From assembly GCA_035301145.1 (NCBI GenBank), contig DATGUQ010000075.1, positions 686-64,685 of the forward strand: a stretch of DNA of 64,000 bases. Reading direction: 5' to 3'. Position numbers and translations under genes: made by a program. The DNA is from Brachybacterium sp. Lineage in GTDB: Bacteria; Actinomycetota; Actinomycetes; Actinomycetales; Dermabacteraceae. The notes under the pieces are model-generated. The model saw only the letters and a program-made list of their open reading frames with translations, made no database searches and was not told where the DNA came from. Of this stretch, positions 35,799 through 47,027 are shown piece by piece (the first letter of the stretch is position 1; each line of letters starts with the position of its first letter).

Positions 35799-37891
35799 CA
35801 CGCCGCGCTGCCTCCGTCGGCGGTCCCCTGTGCCCGGTCCTGCTCGCGGACCGGCGCCGGGTTCTCGGCGAAGGTCCTCTCCCAGGCCTCGAAGGAGGTG
35901 ATCCGCGAGGACGCCTCCCGGTACCGCTCGCGCAGCGTGTTCCAGCCGCGGTGCAGCGCGACATGGGCGGAGATCGCCTCGCCGAGCATCCCGCGCACCT
36001 TCTGCGGATCCCGCTTGTACCAGGAGACCTGGGTCCCCTCCGCGTTGGACACCAGCGCGCTGTCGTAGGCGGACAGGCGCCACCACTTCGCGTCGAGGTG
36101 CGGGATGGACGCCTGCGGGTTCGCCTCCGACGCCGGCTGCGGCGGGGCGAGCAGCTGCTTGGCGAGGGTCTTCGCCGTCCACGCCGGGAGCATCAGCCGG
36201 CGCGGCTGCGAGAACGGACGACCCTTCCTGGGGGGCTTATCGATGTGGACCGGCGGGAACTGGTCCTGGTCCTTCTTCGCCGCGGCGTCGTCGAAGGAGG
36301 AGGCCATCGCCCGGATCTCGGGGAGCTTGGTGCCGATGGAGGGGTGGAGGGCATCGGGGCCCTCCAGCACGTCCTTCTGCGCCATCAGCCGGCCGGCCTC
36401 GGTGAAGTACTGCATGGAGATCAGGTGCTTGACGTCCATGAACTGCGATTCCCTGACCACGCGGCCGCCGCGGGAGTACGGGGAGTGCAGCAGCGCGGTG
36501 ATGATCCGGTTGCGCTCGTGGAAATAGGCCTGCCACCCCACGAGGTCGTCCTTGTCCACCCAGCTCATGTGCCACACGCCGGCGCCCGGGAGGGAGACGG
36601 TCGGGTAGCCGGCCTTCTTCGCCCGCAGGCCGTACTCGGCATCGTCCCACTTGATGAACACCGGCAGGCTGAGCCCGATGGCGCGCACGGTCTCGGTGGG
36701 GATCAGGCAGCTCCACCAGCCGTTGTAGTCCACGTCCGCGCGGCGGTGCAGCCACGGGGTCGAGCGCAGCGGCTCGGCGGCGAAGTCGTGCCCCGTGGTC
36801 CCCTCCGCGATGGCGACGGCGGGCTGGATCCGCCACGGATCGACGACCTCCCCGTAGGTGTGCAGCACGGAGCGGTTGTTGAGGTCGAACATGTGGGCGC
36901 CGACGAGGGTCGGGCGGGTGGCGAAGTCGGCGAACGTCGTCATCCGGATCAGCGACTCGGGTTCGATCACGATGTCGTCGTCGCAGTTGATGACGTACGT
37001 GGAGGCACCGGCGGTGGCGGCCTCGTACATGCCGCGGGAGAAGCCGCCGGAGCCGCCGATGTTGCCCTGTTCGATGATCCGCAGCTGCGCCCCGAGCTGC
37101 TGCTGCAGCGGCGCGAGCTCCTGGGGATGGTCGGTCAGGCGGTCCTTGCCCTGGTCGACGACGTACATGACGTCCAGGAGCGCGCGCAGGTCCGGGTCCT
37201 CGGCGATGGTGCGGATGTTCTCGAGGCAGTACTCGACCTTGTTCATCGTGGTCATCGAGATCGAGAAGCTGCCCTCCGTGCGGGCGAGGCCCGCGTCGGC
37301 GGTCCATTCGGCGCTGAGGACGGTGAGGTCCTCGGCGCCGGCGTAGGCGTCGAACCAGTACCAGCCGCCGTCGCCGAAGGCGGTCAGCGGGAGGTCGAAG
37401 ACCTGCTCGCCCGTGCCCGAGATGTTCCGGGACTCCTGGCGCTGCAGGGAGCCGCGCGCGGTGGAGCGCATCACCACCAGGTGCCCGGTCCCCGAGGTGC
37501 GGACGGTGAGCCGCACGGCGCGCACCGGCGTCCAGCGGCGCCAGTAGCTCGCGGGGAAGGCGTTGAAGTAGGTGCCGAAGGAGCGCATGGTCCGGGCCGG
37601 CACGTCCACCGAGTGCCGCTTGTCGAGCTCGCTGATGTCGACCTGGGCCTGGGCGGAGCGCTGGGTGGAGTGGCTCTCGGTCTCGGCGCGCGGGGTGTGC
37701 TCGGTCCCGCCGCCCAGTCCGAGGGCGCTGCCGGTGGCGCCGGAGCGGGCATCGGCGGACTCGATGTACAGCGGGACGATGTCCGGGGAGGACTCGTGGG
37801 GAAGGATCAGGCGCTGCAGCAGCCGCTGCGGAGCGCCCGCGCCCGGGGCCGCGGACTCACGGGCGGTCGCAGTGGCGGGGATGGCGTTCAT
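35798..37891 (-). CDS. glfT2: Galactofuranosyltransferase, GlfT2-like
   Basis: SFGTYFNAFPASYWRRWT, GGWYWFD, NIGGSGGFSRG, DDD, DYNGWWSCLIP, FIKWDDAEYGLRA. Confidence 0.9.
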   Translation of the reverse strand: MNAIPATATARESAAPGAGAPQRLLQRLILPHESSPDIVPLYIESADARSGATGSALGLGGGTEHTPRAETESHSTQRSAQAQVDISELDKRHSVDVPARTMRSFGTYFNAFPASYWRRWTPVRAVRLTVRTSGTGHLVVMRSTARGSLQRQESRNISGTGEQVFDLPLTAFGDGGWYWFDAYAGAEDLTVLSAEWTADAGLARTEGSFSISMTTMNKVEYCLENIRTIAEDPDLRALLDVMYVVDQGKDRLTDHPQELAPLQQQLGAQLRIIEQGNIGGSGGFSRGMYEAATAGASTYVINCDDDIVIEPESLIRMTTFADFATRPTLVGAHMFDLNNRSVLHTYGEVVDPWRIQPAVAIAEGTTGHDFAAEPLRSTPWLHRRADVDYNGWWSCLIPTETVRAIGLSLPVFIKWDDAEYGLRAKKAGYPTVSLPGAGVWHMSWVDKDDLVGWQAYFHERNRIITALLHSPYSRGGRVVRESQFMDVKHLISMQYFTEAGRLMAQKDVLEGPDALHPSIGTKLPEIRAMASSFDDAAAKKDQDQFPPVHIDKPPRKGRPFSQPRRLMLPAWTAKTLAKQLLAPPQPASEANPQASIPHLDAKWWRLSAYDSALVSNAEGTQVSWYKRDPQKVRGMLGEAISAHVALHRGWNTLRERYREASSRITSFEAWERTFAENPAPVREQDRAQGTADGGSAA

Positions 37892-37945
37892 GATGCTCCT
37901 CGTCGGCGGTGATCGGTGGTCCCGCAGGGCGGCGGGGCGCTCGGG

Positions 37946-39217
<1,272 letters not shown>

Positions 39218-40099
39218 TCATCCACGGCTCCGGGCGGACCCGCCGCGCTCCACGAAGCGGCGGTAGCCGAACCGGCGCACCCAGCCGGGCACGAAGCGGT
39301 AGGCGCCTCGCAGCACGAGGTTGCGCAGGAACCCCGCTGGGGTCAGGACGCGGTCCAGCAGCATCCTGCGCTGCAGCCGGACGTCGCTGGCGAACAGGCG
39401 CCACCCGCCCCGCCGGGCGAACAGCGCCTCGTCGACGCGGTAGTCCACCAGCACCTCGGGCAGGTTCCCCATCCGAGCGCCGCCCAGCATCATCCGCTCC
39501 CACAGCCAGTAGTCCTCCAGCAGGGCGAGATCCCGATAGCCGCCCACCGCGAGCGCCACCGAGCGGCGCAGCACCACCGAGGGGTGGTGGAAGGGGCTGT
39601 GGTGGGGCAGGTAGCGCACGATCTGCTCGTGCTGGAGCGGCCTGGTGCGCAGGGGGCCCGTCCCGGGCGGGACCGTGTCGCTGAACTCGCGCATCGAGGA
39701 GCCCAGCAGGTCCAGGCCGTCCTCGTCCATCCGCGGGATCTGCCGCGCGAAGCGCTCGGGCCGGCAGATGTCGTCCGCGTCCGCGCGGGCCACGAGATCG
39801 TGCGGGCTGGCCTCGAGACCGTCCTGGAGCGCCGCGGCGACGCCTCGATGGGCCTCGTGGCGCAGCACCAGCGACGGACCGAACTCCCCCTGCTCGACGC
39901 GGTCGACGACCGCCTCGAGCTCCGCCGGCAGGGCGCCGTCCACAGTGAGGATCAGCAGGTCGGGTCGCAGCTCCTGCTCCAGCGCGGCGGTGCGCAGGGC
40001 GAGCTCGAGCCGGTCGGCCCGGTCCCCCCGCCACAGCGGCATGAGCACCGTGAACGCGGGGCCCCGCGCCGCCGCGCTCGAGTGGTCCTCGGAGGTCAC
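39218..40099 (-). CDS. GT2 glycosyltransferase (AmsE/LsgF-like)
   Basis: FTVLMP, VARADADD, SPFHHPSV, EDYWLW, ARRGG. Confidence 0.88.
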   Translation of the reverse strand: MTSEDHSSAAARGPAFTVLMPLWRGDRADRLELALRTAALEQELRPDLLILTVDGALPAELEAVVDRVEQGEFGPSLVLRHEAHRGVAAALQDGLEASPHDLVARADADDICRPERFARQIPRMDEDGLDLLGSSMREFSDTVPPGTGPLRTRPLQHEQIVRYLPHHSPFHHPSVVLRRSVALAVGGYRDLALLEDYWLWERMMLGGARMGNLPEVLVDYRVDEALFARRGGWRLFASDVRLQRRMLLDRVLTPAGFLRNLVLRGAYRFVPGWVRRFGYRRFVERGGSARSRG

Positions 40100-41103
40100 C
40101 GCCCGGCCACCCGCTCGATCGCACGGATGTCCTCCGCCGCCTCGCCGTCGGCCGCGAGGACCACGTCGGACGGCCGCGGCCCGCGCCGCAGCGCCGCGAG
40201 CAGCCCGCGCAGGCCGACGGTCAGCAGGCCTCCGCGATGTCGCAGCAGCAGCCGCAGCCAGCCGAGCCCCGTCGCTCCCCCGTGCACGAGCTTCTCCAGC
40301 GGACTGAACGAGTCGGTGCGCGCGAGCGCCCACAGCCGGTTCCGCACGTCGTAGTAGAAGCGGGCTCCCGGCCCGGACTGGGCGTTGCCGAAGGCGGCGG
40401 TGCGATGCTCGACCACGGACGCCGCCACCTGCACACCGCGTCCGTGACGGAGCAGACGACCGGTGTGCTCGAAGTCGTCGGACCAGATGAAGTAGTCCGC
40501 GTACGGCAGCCCCAGCCGGCGCACGTCCTGCCCGTTGAGCAGCGCCGAGACGTAGCTGGCGGTGCGGATCGGTCGACCGCCGGCCTGCGCGGCGTCACGC
40601 TTCTCCCGGGCGCTCGCACCCAGCCGCGTGCGCTGGGTGTTCATCGGATGGTCCCGGCCGTCGGTCCACACGGCACGCGAGCTGAGCACGCTGAGCCGCA
40701 CCGGCGAGGCCTCGAGGGCCCGCAGCAGCTCGCGCAGCGCCCCCGGCCGCGGGATCGTGTCGTCGTCCATCAGCCAGACCCAGTCGGCGTCGTGGCGCAC
40801 CAGGGCGCGGGCCATCCCGGCGGCGAACCCTCCCGCGCCGCCGACGTTGCGCCGCAGGTGGACGACGTCCGCGGCGAGCGGGTGCGCGTCCGCCACGTCG
40901 CCGCTCGCGTCGGTCGAGGCGTTGTCGATCACCACCACGGCGTCCGGCAGCCTCTCCTGCGCGGCGAGCCCGTCGAGGCACTGCTGCAGCAGCTCCTCGC
41001 GGTTGTAGGTCACCACCACGGCCACCACACGCTGGGAGGACGCCTCGGGGTGGGCGTCGCCTCGGCCCGGCGTCCGCTCGCCGATCGGTGCGGGATGAGT
41101 CAC
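40096..41103 (-). CDS. GT2 glycosyltransferase, GlfT1-like
   Basis: VVVTYNR, DNASTD, NVGGAGGF, WLMDDD, FIWSDDFE, YYDVRN; AGGAGG RBS. Confidence 0.88.
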   Translation of the reverse strand: MTHPAPIGERTPGRGDAHPEASSQRVVAVVVTYNREELLQQCLDGLAAQERLPDAVVVIDNASTDASGDVADAHPLAADVVHLRRNVGGAGGFAAGMARALVRHDADWVWLMDDDTIPRPGALRELLRALEASPVRLSVLSSRAVWTDGRDHPMNTQRTRLGASAREKRDAAQAGGRPIRTASYVSALLNGQDVRRLGLPYADYFIWSDDFEHTGRLLRHGRGVQVAASVVEHRTAAFGNAQSGPGARFYYDVRNRLWALARTDSFSPLEKLVHGGATGLGWLRLLLRHRGGLLTVGLRGLLAALRRGPRPSDVVLAADGEAAEDIRAIERVAGR

Positions 41104-41384
41104 TGCGCCTCCTGCTGCTGGTCCACGCCGTACGGACGGCGCCCCCACAGTGTACGGAGCCGCGCACGCCGGGGACGCTCACCCTATGACCACCGTGTGA
41201 AGGTTCTCGGGAGGTTCTCCGGTCCCCACCCGACATGCCGCCGCGCGCCAGCGCGTCGCGCCGCACGGCGGCTACCCTGACGAGCGCTACACGCGCCCCG
41301 GGGCCCGATCCGGGGACCGCGGGCGGCGCCGGAGCGCGGCGTCCACCCCTCGACCGCACGGCAAGCGCCGGGAAGGAGACAGCT

Positions 41385-42656
41385 GTGAGCGATCAGCCGC
41401 CGCCCCGCTCCCCGCGCGCAGGAGGCCCCCGCCGGCCGCCGGGCCATCGGGCCCGTGCCGGGGGCAGCGCCCGCCCGGTGCCCCGCACCCGCCCCGGCTC
41501 CGGGGCCCGGGCGGGGGACCGGCCGCCGACGCCGGGCATGCCGCCCACCCGACCGCTGCCGCGCACCCCGGGGCCCGATTCCCCCGCCCGGCCGCCCGGG
41601 ATCCGTCACGACGCCTCCCACAGGGGCGTGCCGTCCCAGCCCGCCGCCGGCCCCTACACGCACGGGCCCGTCGACGGCGGGCCGCCCCCCGGAGACCCGC
41701 CGCGACCGCACCGGCCCCGGCGCCGCTCCCGGATCCCGCGCCCGCTGCGCCTGGGCGCGACGCTCGTGGTGCTGGTGCTCGTGATCGTGCTGGGCTGGGG
41801 CGCGGGACTGACGATGTGGGCGAACAGCCGCATCGAGCACGTCGACGCCCTCTCCGGCGCCGAGGACACGCCGGGCACCACCTACCTCATCGCCGGCTCC
41901 GACCGCCGCGAGGGGGACTCGGTGGCCGAGGACGGGACGAAGGGCGCGCGCGCCGACACCATGATGCTGCTGCACAAGGCGCCGGGCGGGAACAGCTATC
42001 TCGTCTCACTCCCCCGCGACACCCTCGTGGACATCCCCGGCCACGGCACCTACAAGCTCAACGCCGCCTTCTCCTTCGGCGGCGCGGAGCTGCTGGTCGA
42101 GACCGTCGAGGAGTTCACGGGCCTGACGGTGGACCACTACGTGGAGGTCGGCTTCGACGGCGTCTCCGACGTCGTGGACTCGGTGGGCCACGTGAACCTG
42201 TGCATCGACCAGGACGTCGACGACGAGAGGTCCGGCCTGTCGATGACCGAGGGCTGCCACGACGTGGGCGGCGAGCAGGCGCTCGCGTTCGTGCGCGCCC
42301 GCTACTTCGACCCCACCGCGGACATGGGCCGCCAGGAGCGCCAGCAGCAGTTCGTCGGCGCCCTGATGGACCGCGTCACCACACCCTCGGTGATGCTGAA
42401 CCCGCTCGCGCAGGTCCGCGTCGCGGGCGCCGGTTCACAGGCCCTGCTCACCAGCGACGGCACCGGGATCGTCGACGTGGCCAGGATGGCGCTGACCGCG
42501 CGCAGCGCGATGAGCTCCGGAAGCACCCCCGTGATCCCGATCGAGGACCCGCAGTACCGGACCGACCACTCCGGCGTCGCGATCCTCACGGACGACCAGG
42601 ACATCGCCGCCTTCTTCGCCTCGATCGGCGACGGCACCGCAGAGGTCCCCGAGTAG
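41385..42656 (+). CDS. LCP (LytR-CpsA-Psr) family glycopolymer-peptidoglycan ligase
   Basis: Pro-rich N-terminus, TM, GSDRR, RADTMML, SLPRD, KLNAAF, FVRARY, DMGRQERQ. Confidence 0.93.
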   Translation: MSDQPPPRSPRAGGPRRPPGHRARAGGSARPVPRTRPGSGARAGDRPPTPGMPPTRPLPRTPGPDSPARPPGIRHDASHRGVPSQPAAGPYTHGPVDGGPPPGDPPRPHRPRRRSRIPRPLRLGATLVVLVLVIVLGWGAGLTMWANSRIEHVDALSGAEDTPGTTYLIAGSDRREGDSVAEDGTKGARADTMMLLHKAPGGNSYLVSLPRDTLVDIPGHGTYKLNAAFSFGGAELLVETVEEFTGLTVDHYVEVGFDGVSDVVDSVGHVNLCIDQDVDDERSGLSMTEGCHDVGGEQALAFVRARYFDPTADMGRQERQQQFVGALMDRVTTPSVMLNPLAQVRVAGAGSQALLTSDGTGIVDVARMALTARSAMSSGSTPVIPIEDPQYRTDHSGVAILTDDQDIAAFFASIGDGTAEVPE

Positions 42657-42708
42657 TGGGCTCCCGCGCGCCGGGGACGTGGGCACCGGGGGCGCTCCGG
42701 GCGCCGCC

Positions 42709-43416
42709 TCAGCGGAAGAGCATGTCGATGACGATGTTCACCGAGTTCAGGACCGACTGCCCCTTGGAGCGCGAGTAGTCCGTGTAGAGGATGTGCACGG
42801 GATGCTCGGCGACCGTGAACCCGTGGCGGCCGATCTCCTCGACGATCTCCGAGGCGTGCGCCATCCGGTTCTGCTCGATGGTCATCCGCTCGCAGACCTC
42901 GCGGCCCAGCACCCGCAGGCCGTTGTGGGCGTCGGTGAGCTTCACCCCGGAGGTGAGGTTCGAGTACCAGACCGCTCCCCGCAGGACGAGGCGCTTGATC
43001 AGGCCGGGGGTGGTCCGGGCGTCCAGGAACCGGGAGCCGAGCACGACATCGACCCCCGCGCTCTCCCGCAGCGCGATCATCGCGGCCGCGTCGTCGACCT
43101 GATGCTGGCCGTCCGCATCGAAGGTCACCACCTGTCGCATCTGCGGATCGCGCAGCGCATAGTCGATGCCGGTCTTGATCGCAGCGCCCTGGCCCAGGTT
43201 GAAGGGGTGGCGCACCACGCTCGCTCCCGCGGCCTCCGCGATCGCCGCCGAGCCGTCCTGGCTGCCGTCGTCGACGCACACCACCAGCGGGTAGCGGGTG
43301 CGCAGATCGCGGATGACGTCACCGATCACCGCGCCCTCGTCGAACAGCGGCACCACGAACCAGGTGCGATCGGCCCCGGGCGCGGACGGCGTGCGCGAGG
43401 GGTCAGGACGGTCCAT
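42709..43416 (-). CDS. Polyprenyl-phosphate glycosyltransferase (GT2, PpgS/DPM-synthase-like)
   Basis: VDDGSQD, NLGQGAA, TFDADGQH, GSRF, TDAHNGLR, YTDYSRSKGQS. Confidence 0.9.
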   Translation of the reverse strand: MDRPDPSRTPSAPGADRTWFVVPLFDEGAVIGDVIRDLRTRYPLVVCVDDGSQDGSAAIAEAAGASVVRHPFNLGQGAAIKTGIDYALRDPQMRQVVTFDADGQHQVDDAAAMIALRESAGVDVVLGSRFLDARTTPGLIKRLVLRGAVWYSNLTSGVKLTDAHNGLRVLGREVCERMTIEQNRMAHASEIVEEIGRHGFTVAEHPVHILYTDYSRSKGQSVLNSVNIVIDMLFR

Positions 43417-43483
43417 GGATTCTCCTCGTGGGACAGAGGGGCGCGGCCGATGCGGGCACGCCCGAGGAGGATACCCTGAGGCC

Positions 43484-43903
43484 ATGGATAATCTCCTCGA
43501 GGCGCTCGGTCCGGGACTGGGGGTGAGCGGGCGCACCTTCATCATCCAGCTGCTGCTGGCGGCGGGGATCGTGGCGATCGTCGCCTGGCTCTTCGTCAAG
43601 CGCGGCGCCAAGCAGCTGGCGGTCCGGCGGCTGCTGATCATCGCCTTCGCCGTGTTCGCGGTGCTCGCCGTGCTCTTCCCCACCATGCTCACGCATCTGG
43701 CGCACCTCGTCGGCGTGGGGCGCGGGGCCGACCTGCTGCTGTACGCGACGGTCCTCGTGCTGCTGGGGTTCCTGGCGCTGCAGGAGGCACGCACCAAGGC
43801 GTCGGAGAAGCGCACCACGCACCTCGCCCGCCACCTGGCGATCGACGAGGCGGAGCCCGCCGCGCAGTACCGTGAGCGCGCTCTGCCCGAGCACGACGGA
43901 TGA
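43484..43903 (+). CDS. DUF2304 family small membrane protein (Rv3632-like)
   Basis: IIQLLL...AVRRL...AVLFP...GVGRGADLLLY...LARHLAI. Confidence 0.9.
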   Translation: MDNLLEALGPGLGVSGRTFIIQLLLAAGIVAIVAWLFVKRGAKQLAVRRLLIIAFAVFAVLAVLFPTMLTHLAHLVGVGRGADLLLYATVLVLLGFLALQEARTKASEKRTTHLARHLAIDEAEPAAQYRERALPEHDG

Positions 43904-45885
43904 CCGGCGCGGCGCTCCTGCTCCTCACCGCCCTCCTGGTCCTCACGGCCACCTACCTGCCCGGGTTCCTCACGGTCCGGGCCCTGGCGGGCTCGCGAGC
44001 ACTGGCCCTCGGCATCGCCCCGGCGATCTCGGCCGCGATCGCCGGCATCGCCGCGATGATCGCACCGCTGGTGGGGATCGACTGGTCGCTGCTGCCGTTC
44101 ACCGCAGCCGCTGCGGTCACGGTCCTGGCGGCGCTCGGTCTCGCCCGCTGCGGCATGCGGCTGCCCCGGACCGCGCTCGACGGGCCCCCGCCGACCGCGC
44201 TCCCCCGCACGGCGCGCGCGGCATGGGCCGGGCTGCTCACCGCGGCGCTCGCCGTGACCGTGGTGCCGATCGCAGTGCGTGCAGGCCGGGCCGATGCCGT
44301 CCTGGAGCGCTACGACACGCTGTACCACCTCTCGGCGCTGAAGCACATCCGCGACACCGGCAACGCCTCGAGCCTCGAGCTCAACGCCGTGGCGAGCTCC
44401 GCCCACACACCGACGTCCTACCCCGCGGCCTTCCATGATCTGGCCGCTCTGGTGCCCGGCGTCCCCATCCCGATCGTGCTCAACGGCGCCGTGCTCGCCC
44501 TCGCCCTCGTGCCCTGGATGCTGGGGTCGGCGCTGCTGGCCCGGGTGACGTTCCCCCGGGTGAGCTGGGCTCCGCCGGTCGTCGCGGTGGTCGTGACCCT
44601 GATCCCGGCGAGCCCTGTGGACCTGTGGATCCACCTCTCCCCCGTGCCCAACCTGGTCGGCTTCGCAGCGCTTCCCGGGGCGCTCGCCGCTGCTGCGGCG
44701 CTGTGGAGCGCGGTGGCGGCGGGACCGCAGGCGGCCGTCGCTCCGGGCCCGGCCGCCTCGGCCCCGATCGCCGCGGACGGCGCGGATGCGGCACCGCGGT
44801 GGCGGGGGATCCTCGCGGCGGTCGCGACGGTCGGTCTGGCCGGGGTGGGGCTCGCGCTGCTGCACCCCAACGCCGCCGTCACCGCGCTGATCCTGCTCGC
44901 CGTGGTCACGGCGGTGACCGGGATGCCCCTGTGGCGGCGGCAGCCCTGGCTGGTCGCCGTGCCCGTGCTCGCCCTGTTCCCCGTGGCCGTGCTGACCTAC
45001 ACGCCGCTCGGGGCGCGGGTGACCGGGTTCTCCGGCGGGCTCCAGGTGCCGTGGTGGGCGGCTCTGGGCGAGGTGGGGCTGGGGCTGCTGACCGTGTGGC
45101 CGATGGCTCTCGGCGCGGTGATCGCCGTGCTGTGGTGGCCGGGCCTGGTGACGACCCTGCGCAGCCCGCAGCGCTGGCTCTCCGTCGCCTGGCTGGTGAT
45201 CGCCGTGATGTACCTCGATGCCGCCGTGGACTCGCCCCTGGACCTGTCGGTGCTGTACTTCCGCGGCCAGGACCGGCTCGCCGTGCCGCTGGCGATGCTC
45301 TCGGCGCTCCTGGTGGTCCCGGGGTTGCAGGCGTGGGCGCGGCTGCTGCGGCGCTCGCCGTCCCTCCGCGCCCCGCACCGCCGTCGCAGCGCAGCGGTCG
45401 CCCTCATCGCGCTCGCGGTGATCGCCGCGCTCTCCTCGATCCCCACGCGCCTGGACGACGCCGCGAAGAACCTCGCGGAGGACTACCCCGGCCGGGGCCG
45501 GTTCCTCCAGTCGGACGAGCTCGCGCAGTTCGCGCGGGTCGCGCCGCAGCTCGACGACGGCACGACGATCCTCGCCAGCCCGTACTCCGGTGCGGCCCAC
45601 ATGTACGCGCTGCACGGCCTGTCCGTGCGCCTGCCCGTCGCGGGCATGGCGCTCACGGACGCGGATCGCGCCGCGATCGAGGCGGTGCCGCTGGCGGGCG
45701 CCTCACCCGAGCACTGCCGGGCCCTGGTCGACGAGGGGATCGGCTACGTGTACCAGGAGCAGCAGCTGTATCAGTTCGATCCCGCGTTCGTCCCGATCGG
45801 CCAGGGCGGCGACGACCTCGGGACCGTGGTGTTCGAGACCGACCACTCCCGGCTGATCCGGGTCGAGTGCGACACCGGACGGTAG
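43900..45885 (+). CDS. DUF6541 family polytopic membrane protein, GT-C-like (Rv3779-like)
   Basis: YLPG start, YDTLYH, TGNASSL, YPAAFH, HPNA, QDRL, PYSG; many TMs. Confidence 0.8.
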   Translation: MTGAALLLLTALLVLTATYLPGFLTVRALAGSRALALGIAPAISAAIAGIAAMIAPLVGIDWSLLPFTAAAAVTVLAALGLARCGMRLPRTALDGPPPTALPRTARAAWAGLLTAALAVTVVPIAVRAGRADAVLERYDTLYHLSALKHIRDTGNASSLELNAVASSAHTPTSYPAAFHDLAALVPGVPIPIVLNGAVLALALVPWMLGSALLARVTFPRVSWAPPVVAVVVTLIPASPVDLWIHLSPVPNLVGFAALPGALAAAAALWSAVAAGPQAAVAPGPAASAPIAADGADAAPRWRGILAAVATVGLAGVGLALLHPNAAVTALILLAVVTAVTGMPLWRRQPWLVAVPVLALFPVAVLTYTPLGARVTGFSGGLQVPWWAALGEVGLGLLTVWPMALGAVIAVLWWPGLVTTLRSPQRWLSVAWLVIAVMYLDAAVDSPLDLSVLYFRGQDRLAVPLAMLSALLVVPGLQAWARLLRRSPSLRAPHRRRSAAVALIALAVIAALSSIPTRLDDAAKNLAEDYPGRGRFLQSDELAQFARVAPQLDDGTTILASPYSGAAHMYALHGLSVRLPVAGMALTDADRAAIEAVPLAGASPEHCRALVDEGIGYVYQEQQLYQFDPAFVPIGQGGDDLGTVVFETDHSRLIRVECDTGR

Positions 45886-45898
45886 CCGGCGGACGCGG

Positions 45899-47026
45899 TC
45901 AGCGCCCCAGCGCCGTCCGAGTCGCCTCGACGACCCGCTCGATGTCCGCGTCCGTCAGGGACGGGAACATCGGCAGGGAGATCTCGCGGCGGTAGTAGTC
46001 CTCCGCCACCGGGCACATGCCGCGCCGGTAGCCGAGGTCCTCGAACACCGGGTGCCAGTAGGCGGGGATGTAGTTGACCTGGACCCCGATGCCCTGCTCG
46101 CGCAGGGACTCGAAGATCGCCCGACGCCGGTCCGCGGGGACGCGGAGCGGGTAGAGGTGCCAGGCGGGCGCCGCGCCCTCCGGCGCGACGGGGATCTCGA
46201 CCTCGTCGAGGTCGCCGAGCGCCTCGTCGTACGCCTGCTTGATCTCCGCGCGGCGGGTCACGAACTGCGCGAGCCGCGTGAGCTGGCTGGTGCCCAGGGC
46301 GCACAGCACGTCGGGCAGCCGGTAGTTCAGCCCGAAGGAGTGGACCTCCTGGTGCCAGGGCCCCTCGTCGGGGGTGCGCTGCAGGCTGCGGTCGCGCACC
46401 AGACCGTGGTTCTTGAACGCCCGGGCCCGGGCGGCGAGCTCGGGATCGGCCGTGACCACGGCGCCGCCCTCGGCGGTGGTGAGGTTCTTCGTGGGGAAGA
46501 ACGAGTAGGTGGTGAGGTCGGCGAGCGATCCGACCGGTGCGCCGTCCAGGGTGGACCCGATCGAGTGGGCGGCGTCCTCGACGAAGAGCAGGTCCCTGCG
46601 GGAGGCGAGATCCCGCAGTGCGGGGGCGTCCACCGGCACACCGGCGTAGTCGACGCCGGCGACCACTCGGGTGCGCTCGGTGACTGCGGCCTCCGCAGCG
46701 GCCGGGTCGAGGTTGCCGGTGGCGGGATCGACATCGGCGAACACGATCTTCGCGCCGAGCAGCGCAGCGGTGGCGGCTGTGGCCACGAAGGTCAGCGGCG
46801 TGGTGACCACCTCGTCGCCCGGCTCGATGCCTGCCGCGGCGTAGGCGACGTGCAGCGCGGCGGTCCCCGAGGTGACCGAGACCGCGTGCTCGACGCCCGC
46901 GCGCGCGGCGACGGCGGTCTCGAAGCGCTCGACCTCGGGGCCCGTGGTCAGCCAGTCGCTGCGCAGCGACTCGGTGACGGCGGCGACATCGCTGTCGTCG
47001 ATGTCCTGACGGCCGTAGGGGAGCAC
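45899..47026 (-). CDS. pseC: DegT/DnrJ PLP aminotransferase, PseC type
   Basis: MLPYGRQDI, LTTGP, SGTAALH, EDAAHS, SFFPTKNLTTAEGG, GLNYRL; directly after pseB. Confidence 0.88.
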   Translation of the reverse strand: MLPYGRQDIDDSDVAAVTESLRSDWLTTGPEVERFETAVAARAGVEHAVSVTSGTAALHVAYAAAGIEPGDEVVTTPLTFVATAATAALLGAKIVFADVDPATGNLDPAAAEAAVTERTRVVAGVDYAGVPVDAPALRDLASRRDLLFVEDAAHSIGSTLDGAPVGSLADLTTYSFFPTKNLTTAEGGAVVTADPELAARARAFKNHGLVRDRSLQRTPDEGPWHQEVHSFGLNYRLPDVLCALGTSQLTRLAQFVTRRAEIKQAYDEALGDLDEVEIPVAPEGAAPAWHLYPLRVPADRRRAIFESLREQGIGVQVNYIPAYWHPVFEDLGYRRGMCPVAEDYYRREISLPMFPSLTDADIERVVEATRTALGR

Positions 47027-47027
47027 C

